In this document: piece after piece, positions 1 through 8,429 of the stretch | Numbering within the stretch: position 1 is the stretch's first letter | Layout of the letters: every line of letters starts with the position of its first letter | Assembly (NCBI GenBank): GCA_014728225.1 | Contig: WJLX01000012.1 | Coordinates: 591-64,590 of the forward strand | From: Candidatus Coatesbacteria bacterium | GTDB taxonomy: Bacteria; RBG-13-66-14 | DNA: 64,000 bases | Reading direction: 5' to 3' | Position numbers and translations under genes: made by a program | The notes under the pieces: generated by a model | The model's input: the letters and a program-made list of their open reading frames with translations, nothing else | The model's database searches: none | Told to the model about the DNA's origin: nothing

Positions 1-502
1 GCCGGGTGCTCCACCACTCGAACCACTTGCTCTCCACCCCGGCGGACTGGCTCATGTAGAGCGGATCGGCGAAGGCCGAGACCGCCACCGGCGGCTCTGT
101 CTCATAGTCGTAGCCCGGGGCGAACTGGGTAGTCAGGGTGGCCTCGGCGAACAGCCGCGCCAGGGGCGAGAGGGCGTAACCGGAGCGGGTGGCGAAGTCG
201 ATGCTGTCCGCCGAGGTGCGGAAGTCCTCGTCGCCCTGCTTGGTCTGGGCGAAGGCCAGGCTGAGTTCGCTGTTCCAGAAGAACTCGCCGGGCTCGTAGT
301 CCAGGGTACCCTCGAGGCCGGAGGTATAGGCCAGGGAGTTCTCGCCGCCGGCGGCCCAGTTGCTGAAGGAGGCCTGGGAGAGACCGGCGCTGAGATGCAG
401 GCTGTAGCTCCAGGGACCGTTCGCTTTCTCGGCGGGCTCTTCCTGGGCGGCCAGGGGGACGACCAGGGCGAGGAGTATCAACAGGCACAGGGTGGAATGC
501 AT
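1..502 (-). CDS. DUF3078-like outer-membrane beta-barrel protein, 5' part; gene continues past window start
   Basis: ATG at 500-502 on the minus strand. Signal peptide MHSTLCLLILLALVVPLAAQ. Motif SFSNWAAGGENSLAY, which I recall as typical of DUF3078. The frame runs open to the window edge, so it is absent from the ORF track. Confidence 0.45.
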   Translation of the reverse strand, partial: MHSTLCLLILLALVVPLAAQEEPAEKANGPWSYSLHLSAGLSQASFSNWAAGGENSLAYTSGLEGTLDYEPGEFFWNSELSLAFAQTKQGDEDFRTSADSIDFATRSGYALSPLARLFAEATLTTQFAPGYDYETEPPVAVSAFADPLYMSQSAGVESKWFEWWSTR

Positions 503-586
503 GGTTTCCTTTCCGTTGTAACGACGGCTGCGCTGCGGGTGATTCGTGATCACGGGACCGCCCCGTAGACCTTCCACCGGTCCGGC

Positions 587-1483
587 TCAACCGAGCGACA
601 GTTCGTAGACGTACATCCAGTTGAAGCCCTCCTCGCCGCGCAGGCCGGCGGCCAGGAAGGTTTTTTCCAACGGCAAAGGCACCGGGGTCCAGAGGTCGGC
701 CCCGGGATGCAGGTGGCGGATCAGCCGTCCCAGGGCCTGGACGAAGGCCGCGTCGAAGGCCGCCGGCTCGCCGCTGACGGCGCTGAGATAGAGGTGATCG
801 GGACGGGGATCGCCGGCGTAGAGCGGCGCCGCGGCGCGCAGGCCCCGCGGTCCCCGCCGGACCAGGATCGGTCGTCCACCCAGGGCTTCCCGCAGGCGCT
901 GCGCCGTGGCCGCGGGCAGCACCCAGCCCCGGGACAACAGTCCGGCGTAGTGCTCGCGACAGCCGGCCAGCAGGAAATCGAGCACCCCGGGCTCGTCGAT
1001 GTCGACGAGGGCCAGATCGTCGGTTCCGGCGGTGACTGCGGCGCGGTTTTCCAATGGTTTTTCCCGAGAGTAAGGATAGCCCGCGAAGGGTAAAACGAGC
1101 ACCTTGCGGAAGCCGCTGCCGGCGGCGAAACCGACGGAACGGTTGCTGTCCGCCGTCGACCAGCGGGCCATACCGTGTCCCAGCCGGTGCAGCTCGGCCA
1201 TGGTGAACTCGTGGAGCCGTCGACCCAGCCCCAGACCCCACTGCTGCGGGTCGACGCGCAGTCCCTCGAGCCACCATTCGTCGTCGGCCAGGCGACGCAC
1301 CCGGCTGACGCCGACCAGGCGGTCCCGCAACTCGGCGACGTAGACGCCGCCTTCGGCGATCCGGCGATCGATGGAGACAACGAGGTAGTCGTGACCCTCC
1401 CAGATGGTGCGGACCATTTGCCGAATCGGCTCGGCGTCGGCCGGCCGGGCGGGACGAAAGCTGAGCTCGTCGAAGTCTGCCAA
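587..1483 (-). CDS. GNAT-family N-acetyltransferase with C-terminal extension
   Basis: The N-terminal ~150 aa carry GNAT-like motifs (VYVAE...VGVSRV...WWLEGLRVDPQQWGLGLGRRL). The 298-aa ORF in this frame supersedes the artefactual 391-aa ORF 102..1277. Confidence 0.55.
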   Translation of the reverse strand: MADFDELSFRPARPADAEPIRQMVRTIWEGHDYLVVSIDRRIAEGGVYVAELRDRLVGVSRVRRLADDEWWLEGLRVDPQQWGLGLGRRLHEFTMAELHRLGHGMARWSTADSNRSVGFAAGSGFRKVLVLPFAGYPYSREKPLENRAAVTAGTDDLALVDIDEPGVLDFLLAGCREHYAGLLSRGWVLPAATAQRLREALGGRPILVRRGPRGLRAAAPLYAGDPRPDHLYLSAVSGEPAAFDAAFVQALGRLIRHLHPGADLWTPVPLPLEKTFLAAGLRGEEGFNWMYVYELSLG

Positions 1484-1558
1484 GGAACCTCCCCTAGCCC
1501 GCGAGCGTTATCCAAATACTAGACAACTATAGCATATCCACGCCCGGACGAGCGGACC

Positions 1559-1587
1559 TGGCAATCCGCCGCTCGACGGTCTATACT
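1559..1587 (+). promoter_or_regulatory. candidate sigma70-like promoter (-35 TGGCAA, 17-nt spacer, -10 TATACT) upstream of TPR gene
   Basis: Hexamers read in the AT-richer divergent spacer between the GNAT and TPR genes. Confidence 0.25.
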
Positions 1588-1620
1588 TGAGCAATCGATA
1601 ACCACCGAGGCGGTGCGGTA

Positions 1621-2127
1621 ATGGAAGACAAACCCCAAGGCCTGGAGCGCGACTTCAACGGTTTGGAGCCTGTGCGCTGCCCGTACTGCGGCCGGCGCTC
1701 CTACCCCACCCGGCCCCAGCCCCGGGTACGCTGCGCCTGGTGCGGTCGCGGGTTCCAGGTCCGCCTCGAGGGCGAGGACCCCTGGTACGAGCAGGCCGTC
1801 AAGGACCTCAATCGCGCCTTGGCCATCAAGACCGACCTCTTCCTGGCCTATCACAACCTCGGCCTGGCCTACAGCGAGATCGGCCAGTACGAGCAGGCGA
1901 TCACCGTCTTCGAGAAGGAACTCAAGCTCAGCCCCGATGACGCCGACACCTATTTTTTACTGGGGATGGCCTACGCCGGGGCGACTACCCAGTACAAGCG
2001 GGCCATCGCCAACCTGGAGCGCTACCTCGAGCTGCGTCCCGAGGCCACGGAGCGGGAGGAGATCCGCCGCCTGATCGCCCGGCTGGCCAAACTGGAGCAG
2101 GAGAACGGCGGCAACGGTCGGCACTGA
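1621..2127 (+). CDS. zinc-ribbon plus TPR-repeat protein
   Basis: CPYCG...CAWCG zinc ribbon at the N-terminus. TPR-like repeats follow (AYHNLGLAYSEIGQYEQAITVFEKELKLSPDDADTYFLLGMAY). Confidence 0.55.
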   Translation: MEDKPQGLERDFNGLEPVRCPYCGRRSYPTRPQPRVRCAWCGRGFQVRLEGEDPWYEQAVKDLNRALAIKTDLFLAYHNLGLAYSEIGQYEQAITVFEKELKLSPDDADTYFLLGMAYAGATTQYKRAIANLERYLELRPEATEREEIRRLIARLAKLEQENGGNGRH

Positions 2128-2237
2128 CCAACCCACTGACCAACCACGGACCAGCGGCGGAAAAAGACGAGCCCCCGGGGGCTCGATTGCTTTTCCGCAG
2201 GATTGATGCTGAACCGTAGTTTAGTCGGAGCGACGCC

Positions 2238-2434
2238 GGCGGAACTTTGAAAAAGGGTTGCGGAACCTAGTCCGCCACACCGCCTTTCCCCGCCGGAACC
2301 GGCACGGTTTTTGCATCTCGGCGACCGTTACGACCGATTGATAACGGTCGGCCTCCGCAAAAACCGTGCCGGTTCCGGCGGGAGTCCTATCAACTCGCGC
2401 TGCGTCGGCGAGGCCTGTTTTTCAAAGTTCCGCC
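2238..2434. repeat. nested palindromic repeat element, copy A (core 2293..2378, ATCTCGGC-first orientation)
   Basis: Core reads CCGGAACCGGCACGGTTTTTGC ... GCAAAAACCGTGCCGGTTCCGG. Inner hairpin GACCGTTA...TAACGGTC. Outer inverted repeat GGCGGAACTTTGAAAAAGG (2238-2256) / CCTGTTTTTCAAAGTTCCGCC (2414-2434). Lies between convergent 3' ends. Confidence 0.8.
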
Positions 2435-2436
2435 GG

Positions 2437-3741
2437 CTAACCGTTTTTGACGGTGATGTTGAAGGTTCGTTCGCCGACCTTGACGCGGACTTTGACCCGT
2501 TCGCTTTCGGGGTTGACGCGAATGTTGAGTCCGTCGGAGTCGCCGTCGACGGAGGCCTGCCAGGTGACCCGGGTGGCGGTGGCTTCGAGGACGCGGTCGT
2601 CCTCGCCGGCGGCGTAGTCGCCGCCCTTTTCGAAGCCGAGTTCGTAGTCGGCCAGCAGGGTGCCCTCGCCCTCGATGATCTCGGCGGAGCCGTCGAAGCC
2701 CTCGAAGGGCGGGTTGTCGTAGCGGTCGAGGTTGCCCCAGCGGATTTTGATGGTTCGGCCGTCGTCGTGAAGCCAGGCGTTGGCGCGGTTGTGATCGCCG
2801 ACGGCGCTGATCAGGATCACCCGTTCGAAGTCGCCGGCGGTGACTCGGACCCGGGCGTCGCCGCCCCGGGGTTCGACGTGGACGTTGAGGCCGTCGCCGT
2901 CGGCGGGGCGAACGGAAGCCTCCCAGCGGACGACGTCGGGGCCGTCTTCGAGGATGCGGTCGTTGGAGCCGCTGGAGTAGGAGCCGTCGCTTTCCCAGGA
3001 GTGGGTGTCGGTGACAGAGAGCTCGGCCCGACCGACGACGACGGTCACCTCGCCGTCGAAGGTTTCGAAGGGTGTGCTGGGGAAGGCATCGAGATTGCCC
3101 CAGCGAATCTTGACGGTCCGGTTGTCGTCGTGGAGCCAGGCGTTGGCGCGGTTGGGTCCGACCTCGCCCTCCTCGGGCGGTCCGCCCATGGTCCAGTTGG
3201 TCACCGAGCGGGTCAGCGAGCGTTCGTGCATTCCGTTGAGATCTACGACGAATTCGCCCAGCCAATCGCCCAGATGCAGGTGAACGATCTCTTCACCGGT
3301 GACCGTAATCCCGAAGGTCAGTCCGTCGGTGTCGTTCTGCGAGCTGGCGCGCCAACTGAGGTAATCGGGGCCTTTGTCGACGACGGCGTCGTCGCCGCCG
3401 GAGTCATAATCGCCGCCGGAGTCCAGCAGCTCATGGTTGATGACCGTGCAGGGGCTTTGCTCGGGGTCGAGGAAGCCGTCGAAATAGTTCAGTCCAACCC
3501 CGGGTCGGTTGTCGAGGTTGCCCCACTCGAGTTCGAAGACCAGCTGGGCGCGCTCGTCGTTGATCTCGCGCCGGGAGACCTGTTCGAGGCGCAGGACGTT
3601 GCCGGCGGAATCGAGTTGCAGGCTGGCGGCTCCCTGGGCGGCGGCGGGTACTCCCGTGGCGGCGTAGAGGGTAACGAGCAGCCAGGCTGGCGGACGGCTT
3701 TTCATCAAGTTCATCATAGTCGATAGCGACAGGCTTGGCAA
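2437..3741 (-). CDS. secreted protein with three tandem ~110-aa 'WGNL' repeat domains of unknown function
   Basis: Signal peptide. Internal repeats carry (L/I)(E/R)WGNLD...FDGF...GGDY..G.DD.V..GPD.V.W.AS...DGL...V.....GD(W/F)..EF. Paralog of the adjacent 3791..4315 gene. Confidence 0.6.
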   Translation of the reverse strand: MPSLSLSTMMNLMKSRPPAWLLVTLYAATGVPAAAQGAASLQLDSAGNVLRLEQVSRREINDERAQLVFELEWGNLDNRPGVGLNYFDGFLDPEQSPCTVINHELLDSGGDYDSGGDDAVVDKGPDYLSWRASSQNDTDGLTFGITVTGEEIVHLHLGDWLGEFVVDLNGMHERSLTRSVTNWTMGGPPEEGEVGPNRANAWLHDDNRTVKIRWGNLDAFPSTPFETFDGEVTVVVGRAELSVTDTHSWESDGSYSSGSNDRILEDGPDVVRWEASVRPADGDGLNVHVEPRGGDARVRVTAGDFERVILISAVGDHNRANAWLHDDGRTIKIRWGNLDRYDNPPFEGFDGSAEIIEGEGTLLADYELGFEKGGDYAAGEDDRVLEATATRVTWQASVDGDSDGLNIRVNPESERVKVRVKVGERTFNITVKNG

Positions 3742-3790
3742 GCTGGAGACCGCGTCTCCTGTTCGTTTCCATCCTCTTGCGGCTCGTTGT

Positions 3791-4315
3791 TCAGGGCGCG
3801 TCGATGGCCGGTCCGTCGGGGTTCCAGACCGAGGTCGATTCCTGCAGGGAGTCTTCGACGAGGTTGCCGGCGGCGATTTTGAACTCGCCGTGCCAATCGC
3901 CGACCTTGATATGGACGACGGTGTCGCGATTGGTGATCACGCGGACGGTTAGGCCGTCGGTCTTGCCGACGGTGCTGGCCCGCCAGCGGACGTAGGCCGG
4001 GCCGTCGTGGGTAACTTTGTCGTCGAGACCGTTCTCGTACTTGCCGCCGTGGTCGAACATCCGCACATCCACCACCCGGCATTCGCCGTGCTCGGGAGCG
4101 ACGAAGCCGTTGAATTTCTGGAAACCGACTCCGTCGACGCCTTCGAGGTTGCCCCATTCCAGGAAGATATTGACGGCGCGGCGTCCGCCTTCGAGTTCGG
4201 CGGTGGCGCGTTGTTCCACTTTGAGCATGTTGCCGCTTTCATCGACCCGGATGGTCATCGCAACGGCGGATACCGCCAGCAGCAGCGTAAAGACGAGTAG
4301 GATTCTGCCACGCAT
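3791..4315 (-). CDS. secreted single-domain paralog of the 'WGNL' repeat protein
   Basis: Start at internal Met (MRGRILLVFTLLLAVSAVA, a signal peptide) preceded by an AGGAGG RBS. It has the same domain signature: LEWGNLEGVDGVGFQKFNGF...WRAS...DGL...GDWHGEF. Confidence 0.6.
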   Translation of the reverse strand: MRGRILLVFTLLLAVSAVAMTIRVDESGNMLKVEQRATAELEGGRRAVNIFLEWGNLEGVDGVGFQKFNGFVAPEHGECRVVDVRMFDHGGKYENGLDDKVTHDGPAYVRWRASTVGKTDGLTVRVITNRDTVVHIKVGDWHGEFKIAAGNLVEDSLQESTSVWNPDGPAIDAP

Positions 4316-4490
4316 CTTTTCCTCCTTGATGGTGAAGGTGGGTTGGAACGACATTAGTAAATTATAGCGGGTGCTGGATTAGTTTGCAGAGGTGTTTGCG
4401 GGGTTTTCGGGCCGGTTTGTCATTTCCGCTCGCGGATCACCGGTCCGGGGTTGCCTGGTAAGCGGAACGCCTTTGCCGTATTGCACCGGG

Positions 4491-4554
4491 CCGTCACATT
4501 TCTTGCACTTGCAACGAACCCTTGGTCGGGTTCGTTGCGCAAGAAATGCGCCGG
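4491..4554. repeat. degenerate relative of the palindromic element (variant K)
   Basis: CACATTTCTTGCACTTGCAACGAACCC ttggtc GGGTTCGTTGCGCAAGAAATGCG. Imperfect hairpin sharing the TTCTTGC / GCAAGAA half-sites. Sits in a ~600-bp spacer. Confidence 0.5.
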
Positions 4555-4933
4555 CCCTCGCTTGTTGCCGGATGGCGGGCGTCCGGCGAGATGCGCGACG
4601 GGCGAGGGGGAGCTCATCGCCCCGGCGGGTATCAGCAGTGTAAGACGTGCTGCTGTGCGGGCGGGTTTATTAGACCCGCCCGCGAACTACCATTGGTAAT
4701 GCCCTGCTGGCGGGCAGACCCTGGCGTGGGCCGCCGTGGATCAGGGTTGGGGGCGGTTCGCCGTTAAGGGGTGACCGGCTGGCTCGCAGAGCCCGCCCGA
4801 CAGGGCTATCGGGTTGCGGCCGGGGCCAGAGGAGTCAGCCCACGCTTCGTCCTGGGTGGTTGATCCGTTCCTTTCTCACCCCGGCCCGTGAACGATCTTC
4901 CTCCCCGGCGGAGAGGGAAACCGATCCGGTGGG

Positions 4934-6766
4934 TCAACGGCTGATCACAAACCGTCGGGTCGCCCCTGAACCTTCTCCCGCCAGTCGGGCGAGGTAGACG
5001 CCCGGTTGGTATTGTTCCACATCGAGGAGGAGGGTGTGACGACCGGGGGTCGCCTCCAGGGTTTCCGTAGTTATCCGGCGGCCGGTGAGATCATAGATAG
5101 TCAGCGTCGCTGAGGCGCAGCCCTCGGGCAGGGTGTAGCTGAGCGTCAGGGCGTCGGCGGCCGGGCTGGGATAGGGCTCGTGAAGGGTCAGCCGCTGCGT
5201 CTGCGGTGGCGCGACGACGGCCTCCGTCGGGCCGTAGCGCTCGACCGCGCCCGCGTCCCCGGTGATCTCCAGCCAGTAGGAGTAAGCCTCGCCGGGGGTG
5301 ACGCCCCGGTCCAGCCAGCGGGTGGTTCGCCCGTCGAGGGCACCCGAGACGGCGATGGGATTCTCCCGGCCCCGCAGGACGCGAAGGCCGGCGGGGGGCT
5401 CGCCCTCGACGGCCCAGTCGACCAGGACGCCGTCCCCGCCGGGCGCCGCGCTCAGCTCGACCGCGCCGACGGGGAAGTCCTCGAGGGGGTCGGCCAGGGC
5501 GGCGGTGTAACCTACCGCGGCGCGCAGGACGTCGGTGCCGAAGGGCCAGTAATCCTCGTAGTTGGCCAGCAGGTCCGTGGTGGAATGGTAATGCGGGTTC
5601 TCGTCGTAATCGTTCTCGATCAGCAACAGGGCGGGGTAGCCGTTGTCCCAGAACGGCGAGTGGTCGCTCCACTCGAAGGCGGGGTCGTAGCTGGTGGCGA
5701 CGTTCAGGTCCGGGACGTACTCGGCGGCGAAGGTCTCCAGCCCCGTGGCCAGATCGCTGGATTGGCCGTCGTAGGGCACCCAGACGGTGTAGCCCTCCAG
5801 GCCGTCCCACAACACCATGTCGACGTTGATCACGCCCTGGATGTCGTCGCCGGCGGCGTAGGCCTGGTCGGCGTAGTAGGTGCTGCCGCACAGCCCCTGC
5901 TCCTCGGCGCCGAAGCAGATGTAGCGCAGGGTGGCGTCGAATTCATACTGGGAGAGGACGCGGGCGGCCTCGAGTACGGCGGCGGCGCCGCTGCCGTTGT
6001 CGTCGGCCCCGGGGGCGTCGTCCTCGCTGTTCCAGGGATAACCCGCCGTCGAGTCCAGGTGGCCGCAGATGATGTAGATCTCCTCCGGCGTGACCTGCCC
6101 CGGCTGCTCGGCGATGACGTTGTAGCAGGTGAAGGTGCTGCCGTACCAGGGGTCGGCGGTGAAGGTCTGAATCTCTCCGTCCAGGCCCAAACCGTCCAGA
6201 TAGTCCTCGGCGTAGAGGCAGGACTGGTAATACTGATCGTGCCGGGCGCTGCGGGTGACGAAGTCCTCCAGCTCCTGGATGACGTCCTTGATCTCGTCCT
6301 CGCTGACGGCGTCGACGATCTCGCTCAACTCCTGGTCGTCGGACCACGCCGGTGACGGACCGCCCGAGCTTTCGACCATGCGCGCCGGCGAGGCCGTTCG
6401 CAGGGGCAGGACGCCGTGGAGACCCTCGAGGTTGAAGCCCGGCGGCAGCTCGCCGTTCCAGCGCACCAGATAGAGCTGGTCCCGCCGCCAGACGACCACG
6501 CCCAGTTCGGCCGCTTTGCCCACCGCGGCCGGATCGTTGACCAGAACACGCAGGTACTCCCGGGTCTCGGCGTCACGGTCCAGGACGACGGCGTCGGGCG
6601 TCGCCTCGCCGAGGCAGACCGCGTAGTCGGCGCCCCGAAGAACGATCCGGGCGTCCGCGGGCGGAACGTCGCCCTCGTACAGCACCAGATCGGCGGCGCC
6701 GCCAGCGACGGCGAGCAACAGCAGAAACAACAAAGAAATCAAGGAAATCGCTCGGCGGATCGACAT
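4934..6766 (-). CDS. secreted M28-family aminopeptidase with PA domain and C-terminal T9SS-type sorting (Por secretion CTD) domain
   Basis: Start taken at the internal Met (MSIRRAISLISLLFLLLLAVA, a signal peptide). The upstream in-frame extension would overlap repeat copy B. M28 motifs: GHLDS, ADDNGSGAAAVLE, EEQGLCGS. C-terminal segment TLTIYDLTGRRITTETLEATPGRHTLLLDVEQYQPGVYLARL. Confidence 0.75.
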   Translation of the reverse strand: MSIRRAISLISLLFLLLLAVAGGAADLVLYEGDVPPADARIVLRGADYAVCLGEATPDAVVLDRDAETREYLRVLVNDPAAVGKAAELGVVVWRRDQLYLVRWNGELPPGFNLEGLHGVLPLRTASPARMVESSGGPSPAWSDDQELSEIVDAVSEDEIKDVIQELEDFVTRSARHDQYYQSCLYAEDYLDGLGLDGEIQTFTADPWYGSTFTCYNVIAEQPGQVTPEEIYIICGHLDSTAGYPWNSEDDAPGADDNGSGAAAVLEAARVLSQYEFDATLRYICFGAEEQGLCGSTYYADQAYAAGDDIQGVINVDMVLWDGLEGYTVWVPYDGQSSDLATGLETFAAEYVPDLNVATSYDPAFEWSDHSPFWDNGYPALLLIENDYDENPHYHSTTDLLANYEDYWPFGTDVLRAAVGYTAALADPLEDFPVGAVELSAAPGGDGVLVDWAVEGEPPAGLRVLRGRENPIAVSGALDGRTTRWLDRGVTPGEAYSYWLEITGDAGAVERYGPTEAVVAPPQTQRLTLHEPYPSPAADALTLSYTLPEGCASATLTIYDLTGRRITTETLEATPGRHTLLLDVEQYQPGVYLARLAGEGSGATRRFVISR

Positions 6767-6820
6767 ACGAACTCCATCGCGTTGGTGGTCGAAGGGCGGG
6801 CGGTTGATACCGGAGCAGCG

Positions 6821-7009
6821 CCCGAGAGACCGTTGACGAAACGGCTGCGCGGTCGGGCTCGTCGCGGTCGGAACCGGCACGGTTTTTGCGGAGGCCGACC
6901 GTTAACGTCGGCCGTAACGGTCGCCGAGATGCAAAAACCGTGCCGGTTCCGACCGCCGTGGCGTTGTCGGGTGTCGGCGCGGCGGGCCTTGCGTCAACGG
7001 TCTCTCGGG
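6821..7009. repeat. nested palindromic repeat element, copy B (core 6866..6954, GGAGGC-first orientation)
   Basis: Same 22-bp arms as copy A. Inner hairpin GACCGTTAACG...TAACGGTC. Outer inverted repeat CCCGAGAGACCGTTGACG (6821-6838) / CGTCAACGGTCTCTCGGG (6992-7009). Confidence 0.8.
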
Positions 7010-7026
7010 CGGCGGAGCGGGACGGC

Positions 7027-8286
7027 TCACTCGACCTGGTAGAGTTCGAGGTTGACGAAGCTGGCGAAGCCGCGGCGGACCTTGAGGTTGGTCATCGGCT
7101 GCAGGGTGCGCAGCTCGGTGGGGTCTTCCTCGCCGAGGAGGGCCCGGGCTTCCAGGAGGTAGTAGGTTCCGGGCGCCACCCCGACGAGCTGGAACTCGCC
7201 GATGTAGTTGCTGGTGGTGGTCTTGTAGGGGCGGCTCTCCTCGTATTCCTCCCGGGTGCGGTAGACCGCCACCGTGGCTCCCGGGACGGCGGTGCCCCGG
7301 ATCAGCACCCGACCGACGACGACGCCGGTGGTCTGGGGGTCCATCTCGATGGTGTCGGAGCGGCCGTAGCGTCCGCCGTCGAGGGTGGGGATGCGCAGGG
7401 AGTTGAAGATCGAGATCAATTCGCGCAGGTGGGCGTGGAACTCGTCGGCGGGCAGGCTGGCCTGCATGGTGTAGCCGACGCTGTTGCGCAGCAGGTAGCA
7501 GACGACGTGCCTGGTCGTTACGGTGGTTGCGCTGACGGGATCGGTGACGCCGTCATCGTAGACGGCCAGGTAGGGTTCGCCGCTGGCCAGTTCCCGCAGC
7601 AGTTCGGCCATCTCGTCCAGCTCTTCCTGATCCGCGGCGCTTTCAGCCTCGGCGGCGCGGACCTCCGGGGTCTTGTAGGGCACGCCCGTGGTCTGCTGGA
7701 GGGCTATCAGCCCTTCCATCACCGTCATATCCTCGATGATCACCTCACCGGCGTCGGGGTCGTCGTCGGCGGGTTCGTCGCTAGGCGTTTCCGGCGCGGG
7801 TGTCGGCTGCTCGCTCTCGGGGGGCGTTTCCGGGTACGCTTCAGGATCGAGGCCCTCCTCGGGCAGCGCCTCGTCGTCGAGCTCGCCGACGAGGGGTTCG
7901 GCGCTGTATTCGATCGGCCGGGGCAGCAGTTCGGGCTCCCGGCCCTCCCAGGCCTCGATCAGGGCCTGGACGCTGGTTTCGGCGCCGCGAACGCCGTAGC
8001 TGTTGCGGGCCAGCTTGCGATGGTCCGACGGGGTGTCGAGGGAGTCCATCACGTCGACGTAGACGCGGAAGCCGACGCGGCCGTCGGGGCTCTGCAGCAG
8101 GACCAGGGCGGCGCCGACGTTCTTTTCCACGCTCCAGCCCGCCGGGGCGGTGACCTGGAAGCCGTAGTCGGTGTTTGAGTAGGTCTGGCCGGTGATCGAG
8201 GTGCGGGCCGTCGCCGGGGCGAGGATACCCCAGGCCAGCAGCGCGGCGGCGGTCAGGCTCCAGAACGGTCGGCGCAGGTGTTTCAT
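7027..8286 (-). CDS. secreted hypothetical protein with acidic Pro/Glu-rich linker and C-terminal carboxypeptidase-regulatory-like beta-sandwich
   Basis: Internal Met start (MKHLRRPFWSLTAAALLAWGILAPATA, signal peptide). Low-complexity PETPPESEQPTPAPETPSDEPADDD. C-terminal VVGRVLIRGTAVPGATVAVY. Confidence 0.5.
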   Translation of the reverse strand: MKHLRRPFWSLTAAALLAWGILAPATARTSITGQTYSNTDYGFQVTAPAGWSVEKNVGAALVLLQSPDGRVGFRVYVDVMDSLDTPSDHRKLARNSYGVRGAETSVQALIEAWEGREPELLPRPIEYSAEPLVGELDDEALPEEGLDPEAYPETPPESEQPTPAPETPSDEPADDDPDAGEVIIEDMTVMEGLIALQQTTGVPYKTPEVRAAEAESAADQEELDEMAELLRELASGEPYLAVYDDGVTDPVSATTVTTRHVVCYLLRNSVGYTMQASLPADEFHAHLRELISIFNSLRIPTLDGGRYGRSDTIEMDPQTTGVVVGRVLIRGTAVPGATVAVYRTREEYEESRPYKTTTSNYIGEFQLVGVAPGTYYLLEARALLGEEDPTELRTLQPMTNLKVRRGFASFVNLELYQVE

Positions 8287-8429
8287 CGCGTCCATTATAG
8301 CACCCCGGACGCCCGGGTCAATGCCGTCGTTGATGCCCCTTGCAGTACCGGCCTCCAATCGGCTATGCTATTAGCCGTCCAGGGTCGATTCTACCGCGAG
8401 TCCCCGGGAGGGCGACTTTGCCGCTGTTC

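Noticed and set aside
102-1277. 391-aa minus-strand ORF spanning the first two genes
   Set aside because: Arg-rich low-complexity translation. The GNAT protein (587..1483) and the DUF3078-like protein (1..502) are in the other frame and carry recognisable motifs.
4392-4767. Small ORFs (83, 65, 82, 81 aa) in the long spacer
   Set aside because: Overlapping, compositionally biased, no RBS or motifs. The region is more plausibly non-coding regulatory RNA/DNA.
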